A DNA stretch of 64,000 nucleotides from Spirochaetia bacterium. Its GTDB lineage: Bacteria; Spirochaetota; Spirochaetia; UBA9216. The stretch is from positions 1,024,001 to 1,088,000 of the forward strand of contig OY776510.1 in the NCBI GenBank assembly GCA_963675665.1, read 5' to 3'. Each line of letters starts with the position of its first letter. The first letter of the stretch is position 1. Below the pieces are notes generated by a model, which worked only from the letters and a program-made list of their open reading frames with translations, made no database searches and was not told the origin of the DNA. Of the stretch, positions 9,077 to 17,974 are shown in pieces. The translations under genes were made by a program, and so were the position numbers.

Positions 9077-10498
9077 ATGTCTTTTAACTGGAATTTTTAT
9101 ATTCATGCAGGTATTATTGCGGCCGGGTTGATAATTGCAGTCTTTTTACGATCCAGGATAAAATTCTTCCAGAGATTCCTGATTCCCAATTCTATAATTG
9201 CCGGGTTCCTTTTAATGCCGTTTTATAATTTTGTTTTTCCCAAAGTCGGATTCAGCCAGGAATATCTCGGCGAGATTGCCTACCATCTGTTGAGCATATC
9301 GTTTGTTGCGCTCTCCATGCGTACTATAAAAAAATCCAGCAGAGCAAACCGAAATCGTCAGGGGAATGCTGTAATTCTTCTGAGCCAGTACGGTGTTCAG
9401 GCTTTTATTGGAATTATTATCACGTGGCTATTTCTTAAAACCATAAAACCGGATCTTTTTCATAGTTTCGGTTTTCTATTCCCGCTTGGATTTGCTCTTG
9501 GTCCTGGCCAGGCTTTTGCCATTGGCGAGGGCTGGAAAGTTTTCGGTATTGAAGACGCCGGAACTGTAGGTCTTACGTTTGCCGCTTTGGGCTTTATTGT
9601 GGCCAGTTTCGGCGGAGTTTTTCTGATTCATTACGGTATTAAACACAACTGGATAAGTTCCGATTATATGAAAAAGATTAGAAAAACAGATGTCAGAACA
9701 GGAGTTTTTCCGAGAGGAGCAAAACGTCCGGTAGGAGCATATCAGACAACCCAGTCGGAAGCAATCGATTCTTTTACCGCCAATATGATTTTTATTCTTC
9801 TAAGTTACCTTTTAAGTTATCTGCTGCTGAAAGGTTTGGGCTGGCTGCTGGCTTTTGCCGGGGCCATGGGAACTGAACTTGCGACCAATCTGTGGGGAAT
9901 CAGTTTTATTTTTGCGGCTCTGGTCGGGTTGCTTGTTCGAAGGGTAATGACGGGACTCCGGGTTGATCACATTCTGGATGACAGTACCCTGGGCCGTATT
10001 TCAGGTATTTCGGTGGACATTATGGTTACAAGCTCCATCGCTGCAATCAGTCTGGTAATTGCTTTCAAATACTGGCTTCCGATACTGGTAACTACTGTAG
10101 CCGGTACTGTCTTAATTCTTGTGCTTGTACCATGGATGGCTTCGCGGGTGTTCAGCAATAACAGGTTTCTGCGGACAATTATTCTTTTCGGCGCTGTAAC
10201 GGGGACTCTGACTACGGGGCTTGCTCTGCTCAGGGTTCTGGATCCGGAGTTTGAAACTCCTGTGGCCTCGGATTACAGTTACGCGTCGGGGATAACATTT
10301 GTAGCTGCCATACCTTTTATCCTTGCGATCAATTTCCCGGCAAAAGCCTACCAGACGGGTGACATGAGGTGGTTTGTCGCGGGAATTGCGGTAGCGGCCG
10401 GGTATATAGTTATTACGCTTTTATGGTATATGTTGCTTGCAAAAAAGAAATCATTCGCACGCGGTTCACAAATTTGGGCGCTGGAACGGCGGAAATAA
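9077..10498 (+). CDS. gltS: Sodium/glutamate symporter (GltS/ESS family)
   Basis: FQRFLIPNSIIAG, GFALGPGQA, GLTFAALG, FGAVTGT-TTGLALLRVLDP. ATG 9077 after GGAGGG is preferred over TTG 9032. Confidence 0.8.
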   Translation: MSFNWNFYIHAGIIAAGLIIAVFLRSRIKFFQRFLIPNSIIAGFLLMPFYNFVFPKVGFSQEYLGEIAYHLLSISFVALSMRTIKKSSRANRNRQGNAVILLSQYGVQAFIGIIITWLFLKTIKPDLFHSFGFLFPLGFALGPGQAFAIGEGWKVFGIEDAGTVGLTFAALGFIVASFGGVFLIHYGIKHNWISSDYMKKIRKTDVRTGVFPRGAKRPVGAYQTTQSEAIDSFTANMIFILLSYLLSYLLLKGLGWLLAFAGAMGTELATNLWGISFIFAALVGLLVRRVMTGLRVDHILDDSTLGRISGISVDIMVTSSIAAISLVIAFKYWLPILVTTVAGTVLILVLVPWMASRVFSNNRFLRTIILFGAVTGTLTTGLALLRVLDPEFETPVASDYSYASGITFVAAIPFILAINFPAKAYQTGDMRWFVAGIAVAAGYIVITLLWYMLLAKKKSFARGSQIWALERRK

Positions 10499-10531
10499 AA
10501 CGGAACAATCGGGATAATAGAATGTATTATA

Positions 10532-10572
10532 TGTAAAGTAAACTTGACAAATAGGAAAGTTTGCGCTACATT
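10532..10572 (+). promoter_or_regulatory. Sigma70 promoter with overlapping imperfect palindromic operator; probably leaderless transcript
   Basis: TTGACA (10544-49), 17 bp, TACATT (10567-72). TGTAAAG-TAAA-CTTGACA (10532-49) overlaps the -35. ATG 10580 lies 7 nt after the -10 and has no SD. Confidence 0.65.
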
Positions 10573-10579
10573 TAAACTC

Positions 10580-11116
10580 ATGAAACGTCAAAAATCCTTT
10601 ATAAGGAAACTTTTATGTTTATTTGTTCTGCTGGTTATCTGCCTGTCGGCAGTTTCAGCAGAAGCATCCCGAAGTGAGCGTCCAATCGATTTTTATGCCG
10701 AGTTTTCCAGAATGCTGTCTCTGCAGCTCGGTATGGAATACTATTTTAACGATTACTTAGGTATTAAAGGGAGCCTGGGTGCTTCACCCTTCATGATAAC
10801 AACATGGACTTATAATCTGCTGGGTGTTTACCATTTCAACCTTCCGGCGGAGCATTTTCAGCTTGATTTTGAAGCGGGGCTTCCGCTGGCATACCTGGAT
10901 CTGTTTGAAGGCCGTGTAACCGATTGGGACCCGCAGATCGAAAGTCCTTTTATGGGTTTTCTGCCGGGAGTCGCTGTTCTGGCTTCATACAGGTTCAATG
11001 AAGAACATGCATTAGGGGTTCGTTTAGGCGGATCGGTTCAGTTTGAATACCGGTTTAACGGCAGCTGGCAGCAGCCGGGGTTTATCCCCGTTTTTGCGCT
11101 TGTTTACAATTTCTGA
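10580..11116 (+). CDS. Exported, probable small outer-membrane beta-barrel protein
   Basis: Signal peptide (MKRQK...SAVSA), alternating hydrophobic strands, C-terminal aromatic (VYNF). The track's TTG 10544 is the -35 box, so ATG 10580 is preferred. Confidence 0.65.
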   Translation: MKRQKSFIRKLLCLFVLLVICLSAVSAEASRSERPIDFYAEFSRMLSLQLGMEYYFNDYLGIKGSLGASPFMITTWTYNLLGVYHFNLPAEHFQLDFEAGLPLAYLDLFEGRVTDWDPQIESPFMGFLPGVAVLASYRFNEEHALGVRLGGSVQFEYRFNGSWQQPGFIPVFALVYNF

Positions 11117-11124
11117 AGGCGGCG

Positions 11125-11328
11125 GTGAAGAACAATATAGGTTTATTCAGGTATCAGAAAGGCAGAATCTCACAGGCAAAGCTGGCTGAACTGACAGGCG
11201 TCAGCAGGCAGAGTATCAACGCTATTGAAACCGGCCGTTTCAATCCGTCGGTTGAACTTGCAATGAAGATAGCCGCCGTTCTTGACTGCCGGGTTGAGGA
11301 CCTTTTTATCCTGGAGGATGATAAATGA
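11125..11328 (+). CDS. XRE-family helix-turn-helix transcriptional regulator
   Basis: SQAKLAELTGVSRQSINAIETGRFNPSVELAMKIA...VEDLF is a canonical HTH_3. Confidence 0.93.
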   Translation: MKNNIGLFRYQKGRISQAKLAELTGVSRQSINAIETGRFNPSVELAMKIAAVLDCRVEDLFILEDDK

Positions 11329-12002
11329 AAAAGATACCGTTTGACAGGCTTAAAAAAATCAGGAAAACGAGTGTTATAGAATTCTCCGGCGGGCTTGCCG
11401 GGGCTGTGCTGGGAATGGTCGTCAGTCCGTGGTTTTATCTGCTGACGGCCGCCGCTCTTTATGTTCCTCCAGTGTTGAGGGTTTTCGGGGTGCAGAAAGA
11501 TGTTGATGAGTTTGAGCTTGATTCAATTAAATGGGGCGCACTTGCAAGTTTTGTTGTTACCGGCTGTTTTCTGTTCGCATACCTGATTTTTTCTGTCGTT
11601 AAGGAAGACCCGGATGATTTTTCCGGAATAATGTATTTTCTGATAATTGTCCAGGCATTCTCGTATTTCATGTTCCGTTACTATCGTTTCTGGATGAGCC
11701 GCAGGGCGGGACGGCTGATCATAGGAATCGAATTGCTGTTCTGGGGTCTGTTTACGGTGCTGAGCGCCGAATCTGTCGGCGGATTTCTCATGCAGTCGCT
11801 TGCGACAATAGTTCCACCGGCTGCAATCATTGTTTTGTCGCTGTTTCGACCGCGAATCAGCGGAGTAATATGCGCGGCATTCAGCATCTTCACAATGTTT
11901 TTCTTCGGCGTGCTGGATAATATGTTTGTGTTCATTCTGCTGTCGGTGCCGCTGATGCTCGCAAGTATTGCGCTGTTTATAAGCCCCAATGACAGTAGAT
12001 GA
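11325..12002 (+). CDS. Integral membrane protein, XRE-associated
   Basis: About 7 hydrophobic segments and a 'DEFE' cytoplasmic motif; start and stop junction with the XRE gene is abutting or overlapping. Confidence 0.75.
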   Translation: MKKIPFDRLKKIRKTSVIEFSGGLAGAVLGMVVSPWFYLLTAAALYVPPVLRVFGVQKDVDEFELDSIKWGALASFVVTGCFLFAYLIFSVVKEDPDDFSGIMYFLIIVQAFSYFMFRYYRFWMSRRAGRLIIGIELLFWGLFTVLSAESVGGFLMQSLATIVPPAAIIVLSLFRPRISGVICAAFSIFTMFFFGVLDNMFVFILLSVPLMLASIALFISPNDSR

Positions 12003-12010
12003 AATATTTT

Positions 12011-12408
12011 CTATCTGGTAATCTTTCGGATCATCTTTCCGACAAGTTTTGAAGTCTTTTTTGTCACTTCCCTGCCTGCTTCCCGTGCAATCTGGTTTTT
12101 GACGGCCCCGAACAGTTTTTCCGGGGAAATATCGCCCTTTATAGCTCCTTTCAGATCGAACGGTTTTTGTCGGTCCGAATCGGGCGCGGCCCCGGTTTCG
12201 GGGATATCGTCAATAGTCCATGCGGTTAGTGTTTTCCATTCACCGGAACCAGCCAGCCAGGCGGTAAATATCCTTTCCGTTGTTTCGACTGATAATCCGG
12301 GACCGCTGCTGTAATGTCCGGAAGCGTCCTGGTACTCGGCAATAAATCCCGTTTCGGAATACGCGCACTGGATATAGTCTTCTCCGTTTGAAAGAATCAG
12401 AAAATCGT
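12011..12408 (-). pseudogene. 5'-truncated duplicate of the hypothetical gene at 22859..23344
   Basis: Identical in protein to residues DFLILSNG...RKITR of the 161-aa gene except for one G/E change. The track's N-terminus (12409-12478) is unrelated sequence. Confidence 0.85.
12012..12408. repeat. 397-bp direct repeat, copy 1 (copy 2 at 22860..23256)
   Basis: Base-by-base comparison shows 5 substitutions and no indels. Confidence 0.95.
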
Positions 12409-12595
12409 AGATGATTTCCAAGCAGGAAAAAGAGATAGTGCAGAGTTCTGGATTCAAATGGATGGTGAATTTATCCACATCCGGTATTTCCCGTTATTTG
12501 AAGGGGCAAGCTATAAAGACGTTATCGAAGTAAGCCAGGAAATATCTTACAGGAGAAGTCTTGAAAAAGAAAAACGTCTGCTGGATGAAGAATGA
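12398..12595 (+). pseudogene. 3' fragment of a DUF438/PAS_10-type protein
   Basis: Hand translation QKIVDDFQAGKRDSAEFWIQMDGEFIHIRYFPLFEGASYKDVIEVSQEISYRRSLEKEKRLLDEE* resembles the C-terminal PAS of DUF438/hemerythrin proteins. It has no start or 5' part. Confidence 0.7.
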
Positions 12596-12607
12596 CTCAC
12601 TACCGTG

Positions 12608-14557
12608 TTATCCTTTTAATGAGTAGTATTTATTTAGATATTCTATTCCTGAAGGTAAATTAAGTTTCAGGTTATATTCAATAACATTGTCTTCTTTAAA
12701 TAAAATATCCAATTCGCCGGTCATTGCTTTAATAATTTTATTTGCGATTGCAATACTAAGATCTACACCGGTTTTAAAGAAAGTATTTTCTTTGGTATTT
12801 ATTGCGTTAACAATTGATTCCTTTTTTAATTCGGAAAAAATAATGCCCTGAACAATTATTTTAAAAACAGCTTTAAAATTGCTGTACTTAACAGTAATAT
12901 CAATATCGCTGTCCAATGCATTCATAACAACTGTATTTATAAGAAGAATTGTCACATGTAAAAGACGGGCTTCATCACCAAAAACAATTTTTGGGATCTC
13001 GGAATGAATTCTGAAATTTATTGTTGAATTGGTTGGATGGTTCTTTTTTACAATAGTTTTAATTCTGTTAAGGAAATTTAATAAATTAAATGCAGCTATC
13101 TGGAATTTCATTTCGCCGCTTTGAAACTCAATAAAATTAATAATATCTTTAGTCAGTATCGTAATATAATTGCACTCAAAGAAAAGTTTATCAAATGATG
13201 AATCCTTGTCGTTTATTTCCTGGATATTCTTTAAAAGTTGATTTTCTATTCTTGTCATTGAATTCAGATATTCATTTGTCATGGTCAACAAGAATTGAGT
13301 TTTTTGCTCATTTGCTATTCGTTCTTCTTCCTTCCTTTTTTCCATTTCCTGTTTTGCCAGAATTCGTTGAGTAATATCACGGCTGATACCCAGTAAACCT
13401 ATTACGTTGTTATCTGAATCAAAGAATGGAGCTTTATAAACCTCAAAACGTCTTTTCTCACCATCAGGGTAAGACATCCACTCTTCGTTTTTAAATGGTT
13501 TATTATTTTTATATACTATCCTGTCGTGTTCCAGAAAGAACTCAGCCATATGATAGGGATGAATTTCGAAGTCAGAAGATCCGATTATTTTTTCTTTTGG
13601 TAAACCTACAATTTTTGCAAATGCATTATTACATCCCATTAAAATTCCGTTTACATCCTTGTAAAAAATCAAATCAGGAGATGCGTCGATTATCTTTTGT
13701 AATAATGTATATGCTTCTGTTAATTCCTGTTCTGATTTTTTTTGACGAGCTTCCAGTGAATAAATATAGTGTTTGCGGTAATGGCCGGGCGTTGTGGACT
13801 GATGCATTTTAAATGTACGGTTGAAATGAGATTCGCTTGAAAAGTGTAGAGCTTCAGAGATCTCGGCGATAGTCATTTTTGTTTCAATCAGTAATTGTGC
13901 CGCTTCCTGGGTTTTCAGAAAATTATAATATTTCATTGGAGGCTGGTTCATGTATGATTTAAAAATACGAATGAAGTAGGATTCGGTCAGGTTTAAAGAA
14001 TTACAAATGTCATTTAAATTAATTGTTTTGTATAAATTCTCTTTCATAAATTCGCAGGCGGAATCTATATAGGATATCATTTCCGGGGCGACTTCTTTTG
14101 ATTCATATTCATTCGGCAATCTGTATAAAATAGATTTTAATAAACTTGCGGCTGAATGTAAGGAAAAATCCTTTTTTATATTATACAGATTTTCTATATC
14201 ATAAATATACGAAATTAACTTTTTGTTTGAAGAATTATATTTTTGTGTTGAAAAAAAGTTATTAATAAAAGAGAGAAATTCTGAAGAAGACTCATCAAGT
14301 TTGAAATCTATGCGGTAATAAATAACCGGTTTCGAATGCGGCATGTAATTGATAGAATAATTTTTCCTGGGAAAAGTTAAAAAGAATGTGTAATCATTTA
14401 TTTCAAATTTATCATTTTCAATTCTAAAAAAACCGTCGCCGCTAAAAAAACAGTGAAATCTGTATTCCTGTTTTTGTTGTAAAACATATTGCGGTTCTTC
14501 GGAATTAAATTCCATTGGTGATTTATTAATTCTGTTAAAGATGTTAATAATTTTCAT
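12608..14557 (-). CDS. AraC-family regulator fused to PAS and a degenerate histidine kinase module
   Basis: AraC double HTH (LNLTESYFIRIFK...ISEALHFSSESHFNRTFK...TPGHYR); PAS (IIDASPDLIFYKD...GISRDIT); H-box lacking His (FLLTMTNEY); GDEARLLHV; degenerate G2 box (TGVDLSIA). Confidence 0.85.
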   Translation of the reverse strand: MKIINIFNRINKSPMEFNSEEPQYVLQQKQEYRFHCFFSGDGFFRIENDKFEINDYTFFLTFPRKNYSINYMPHSKPVIYYRIDFKLDESSSEFLSFINNFFSTQKYNSSNKKLISYIYDIENLYNIKKDFSLHSAASLLKSILYRLPNEYESKEVAPEMISYIDSACEFMKENLYKTINLNDICNSLNLTESYFIRIFKSYMNQPPMKYYNFLKTQEAAQLLIETKMTIAEISEALHFSSESHFNRTFKMHQSTTPGHYRKHYIYSLEARQKKSEQELTEAYTLLQKIIDASPDLIFYKDVNGILMGCNNAFAKIVGLPKEKIIGSSDFEIHPYHMAEFFLEHDRIVYKNNKPFKNEEWMSYPDGEKRRFEVYKAPFFDSDNNVIGLLGISRDITQRILAKQEMEKRKEEERIANEQKTQFLLTMTNEYLNSMTRIENQLLKNIQEINDKDSSFDKLFFECNYITILTKDIINFIEFQSGEMKFQIAAFNLLNFLNRIKTIVKKNHPTNSTINFRIHSEIPKIVFGDEARLLHVTILLINTVVMNALDSDIDITVKYSNFKAVFKIIVQGIIFSELKKESIVNAINTKENTFFKTGVDLSIAIANKIIKAMTGELDILFKEDNVIEYNLKLNLPSGIEYLNKYYSLKG

Positions 14558-14789
14558 CTATTATCCTATTATTGCATAAAATTGAACAGGTAAAATGTTC
14601 CAGGTATGCTTATGCGCTTATCAGATTTTTTTTCTAATCAAAAAATCGATGTAAATTGTATAAAATCATCCTGAACTATTACCAGTTAGTGGATTATATC
14701 ACAGGAATTTGAAATAACCAGAAAATATTGGATATTGTTTTCAGCCGCCACGAGACTATACTTCAGACAACATTGTTGCGGAGGAAAAT

Positions 14790-15923
14790 ATGAGTTCAGT
14801 TTATCCGAAAAAAAATAAAGTGAGAGTTGGTGTTGTCGGATTAGGGTTTGGAAAAGAATTCCTGCCAATCTATAAAGAATATGAAAATTGTGAAGTTACA
14901 GCGATATGCAAGAGAAACAAAAATGAGCTTGAAGAATTCGGGCGGCAGTTTGAAATTGATAAATTATATACTTCATACCAGGACATGCTTAATGATGACG
15001 ATATTGACGCTATACATATAGTAACGCCAATTTTCGATCACGCCGGAATGACAATAGATGCATTAAAAGCCGGAAAGCATTGTGCTTCAACAGTTCCAAT
15101 GGCAACTACAATAGATGAACTAAAAGAGATTGTAAGATTAAAAAATGATTCAAATAAAATCTATATGATGATGGAAACCGCTGTATATACACGCGAGTTC
15201 TTTTATGTGAAAAACCTTATTGATACCGGCAGATTAGGAAAAATTCAATTTCTGCGCGGGTCTCATCAACAGGACATGGGGCTGGAAGGGTGGCCGGGCT
15301 ATTGGCTTGGATTACCTCCAATGTGGTATGGAACACATGCAATAGGCCCTTTGCTTTGTATTGCCGGAAGCAGAGCTGAAAGTGTTGTATGTCATGGTTC
15401 CGGAAAACTTAGCCCTGATTTATCTGAAAAATATAATTCTCCGTTTTCAATCGAAACGGCTACTTTTAAACTTGAGCATTCGCCGATTGCTGTAGAAGCA
15501 ACAAGATCTTTATATGAATGTACGAGGCAGTATAGAGAAAGTTTTGATGTATATGGCGAGAAAATGTCCTGCGAATGGGAACAGATAGCCGACGAAGGTT
15601 TTGTTGTTTTTGAAGGCGGTGAAAACGCAAGGCGTATTAATGTGCCGGACACAGACAAGTTATTACCAAAAAGTATTTCCCAGTTCAGTTTAAGAGAGCA
15701 AATCCTTGATGAAGATCATGTGTCGTTTATTCAGGGCGCCGGACATGGAGGATCACACCCGCATCTGGTAAGAGAATTTATCGATTCAATCATGGAAAAC
15801 CGTGAACCAAGAGAGGGTGTTATTACGTCAGCCGACTGGACTGCGGCAGGAATTTGTGCTCATGAATCAGCGATGAAGAACGGAGAGCGAATATATCTTC
15901 CAGATTTTAGAGATATTAAATAA
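14790..15923 (+). CDS. Gfo/Idh/MocA family NAD(P)-dependent oxidoreductase
   Basis: VGVVGLGFG Rossmann motif, DAIHIVTP, ALKAGKH; GGAGG RBS. Confidence 0.9.
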   Translation: MSSVYPKKNKVRVGVVGLGFGKEFLPIYKEYENCEVTAICKRNKNELEEFGRQFEIDKLYTSYQDMLNDDDIDAIHIVTPIFDHAGMTIDALKAGKHCASTVPMATTIDELKEIVRLKNDSNKIYMMMETAVYTREFFYVKNLIDTGRLGKIQFLRGSHQQDMGLEGWPGYWLGLPPMWYGTHAIGPLLCIAGSRAESVVCHGSGKLSPDLSEKYNSPFSIETATFKLEHSPIAVEATRSLYECTRQYRESFDVYGEKMSCEWEQIADEGFVVFEGGENARRINVPDTDKLLPKSISQFSLREQILDEDHVSFIQGAGHGGSHPHLVREFIDSIMENREPREGVITSADWTAAGICAHESAMKNGERIYLPDFRDIK

Positions 15924-15936
15924 TGGAGGTTGCGGC

Positions 15937-16761
15937 ATGAAATTTGATATAGATCAGTTATGTATAAATACAACTACGTTAGGAGAAGGTTTAATTCAGG
16001 ATAAAATTAAACTGCTGTCGGAGAGCAGGATAAATAAAATTGCTCTTTGGTATGATGATGTTAAAGAACAGAACATAGATGAAATTAAAGAACTATTATC
16101 AGTAAATAATATAAAACCGGTGTTGTTGTCATTTCTAGGGCCTTTTAACCAGGTTACAGCAGAAGAGCGCAAACAACAAAGAGATGAAGACATCAAGAAG
16201 ATTAATATAGCGCAGCAGCTAGGTATATCCACTGTTCTGGCGCTCAGCGGTCCAAGAAAAGCAATATCTGAAAAGGATGCTTTTTATAATCTGAAATCTG
16301 CTTTGTCTGAACTATCAGGATTGTGCGCAGATTCAGATATTCGAATTGCATTTGAACCTATTCACTATATGTACCAGGACGACTGGACCTTTATTTATAC
16401 ACTGGAAGAAACATTGAAACTTGTTTCCGGGCTGGACTGTTCCAATTTGGGAGTGATGCTTGACCTGTACCATCTCTGGATGGAACCGGGACTGAGCGAG
16501 ACAATTAAATCAGCAGCGGGAAAAATATTCGGCGCGCAGTTGTCGGATTGGAAACCAATCACTGAATCGAAATATGATCGGGGACTTCCCGGTGAAGGTT
16601 GCATTCCGTTACCCGAACTGATTAACAGTATCATGGCTGCAGGATGGGAAGAATGGTTTGATATTGAGATATTCTCAAATGATCTATGGAAAAAGAGCCC
16701 AAAAGAAATAGTCAAAGAGTGTCAAAAGTCTTTTGAAAAACTGGCGGAACAGATCAACTAA
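15937..16761 (+). CDS. Sugar-phosphate isomerase/epimerase (xylose-isomerase-like TIM barrel)
   Basis: IAFEPIH, LDLYH, QLSD, RGLPGEG and EIFS metal-ligand pattern. Confidence 0.88.
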   Translation: MKFDIDQLCINTTTLGEGLIQDKIKLLSESRINKIALWYDDVKEQNIDEIKELLSVNNIKPVLLSFLGPFNQVTAEERKQQRDEDIKKINIAQQLGISTVLALSGPRKAISEKDAFYNLKSALSELSGLCADSDIRIAFEPIHYMYQDDWTFIYTLEETLKLVSGLDCSNLGVMLDLYHLWMEPGLSETIKSAAGKIFGAQLSDWKPITESKYDRGLPGEGCIPLPELINSIMAAGWEEWFDIEIFSNDLWKKSPKEIVKECQKSFEKLAEQIN

Positions 16762-16814
16762 AGTCAAGATCTTGCGTATGTAAGATTAATATATAATTTT
16801 TTTAGGAGAGTTGT

Positions 16815-17891
16815 ATGAAGAAAATTCTTGTTTTGGCATGTGTGCTGATGGTAGTCTTTTTATCAATCACAGCGGCCGAAGGCTCACAGGAAGGGAATGG
16901 GAAGGATATCTCTAACGGTGGTTATGATATTGCTTTTTCTAATGGTCTGGTTACTCACAGCTGGCGCAGTCAAATGGTTGCCGGAATACAGGAAGCTGTA
17001 GCTTTCTACAAGGGTAAGGGGCTAATAAACGAATTTTATCTGGAACATGCAGGTTTCGACGTCGATTTACAGATTCAGCATATGCGTAATTTTATAATCA
17101 TGGGTGTTGATGCAATAATTGTTGATGCGCTTTCTGTCTCTGCCTTGAACCCTGTTATGGAAGAAGCAATGGAAGAAGGTATCCTTGTTGTAGCTTGCGA
17201 TATGCCGGTTACATCGGAGGCCGTCTGGCAGGTACGACCGGATCATGTTAAATGGATAGAAAGCATGGCCAGATATGTTTTTGAAAACATGAACGGCGAA
17301 GGAAAGCTTGTGTATCTCAGCGGGATTGACGGTGCACCTGTAAGTGATATGCGTGATGAAGGTTTCGATTTAGCTCTTTCAGAATATCCGGATATCCAAC
17401 TACTGGCAAAATCATACGGTAATTGGGATCCTTCACAGGCTATGCAGGCTATGGGTGATATTATTGCGGCATATCCAGATATAAACGGGTTTGTTTCACA
17501 GGATGGTCAGTGTATTTCTGTGGTCAGAGCCTTTGAAGCAGCCGGAAGGCCTCTTCCTGTAATGAATGGAGAATATTCAAAAGATTTCTGTGAATATTGG
17601 GCGGATCATCTCGATGAAGGGTTTACAAGTTATGCTATAGTTCATGGACCAAGCCAGGTTGTAACTGCAGCGCTTGCTGTAACAATGAATCTGCTTCAGG
17701 GAAAAGACTTAAAAACAAAATTACCGGAAGGTGTCAGGCTTGACGGCAAAGCGATAATATTTGACTGGCGGCAGGAAATAACAGACGACAATGTTGAAGA
17801 ACTTCTTTCTGAACATATACGTACACGCGGAATAGATGATTATATTGATGCAGTCTGGAACTACGATGAAGTAAGTGCTTGGTTTAAATAG
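16815..17891 (+). CDS. Sugar ABC transporter substrate-binding protein (RbsB-like fold)
   Basis: Signal peptide ending AAEGSQE; SWR, GVDAIIV, R-x2-GF and GNWD motifs. Confidence 0.9.
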   Translation: MKKILVLACVLMVVFLSITAAEGSQEGNGKDISNGGYDIAFSNGLVTHSWRSQMVAGIQEAVAFYKGKGLINEFYLEHAGFDVDLQIQHMRNFIIMGVDAIIVDALSVSALNPVMEEAMEEGILVVACDMPVTSEAVWQVRPDHVKWIESMARYVFENMNGEGKLVYLSGIDGAPVSDMRDEGFDLALSEYPDIQLLAKSYGNWDPSQAMQAMGDIIAAYPDINGFVSQDGQCISVVRAFEAAGRPLPVMNGEYSKDFCEYWADHLDEGFTSYAIVHGPSQVVTAALAVTMNLLQGKDLKTKLPEGVRLDGKAIIFDWRQEITDDNVEELLSEHIRTRGIDDYIDAVWNYDEVSAWFK

Positions 17892-17910
17892 GGAATAAGT
17901 TTTCAATCAA

Positions 17911-17941
17911 CTGATGTTAGGATAAAACATCCTAACATCAG
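17911..17941 (+). terminator. Intercistronic stem-loop after the SBP gene (mRNA stabiliser or partial terminator)
   Basis: Perfect 13-bp stem CTGATGTTAGGAT-aaaac-ATCCTAACATCAG. Confidence 0.65.
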
Positions 17942-17974
17942 GTAAATTTTGTTAATTAGGTAGAGCAGGTTGAG

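Noticed and set aside
12409-12478. N-terminus of the track's 155-aa ORF 12011..12478
   Set aside because: It is the antisense of the DUF438/PAS fragment fused by chance to the duplicated 3' end. It has no RBS and is not a real gene start.
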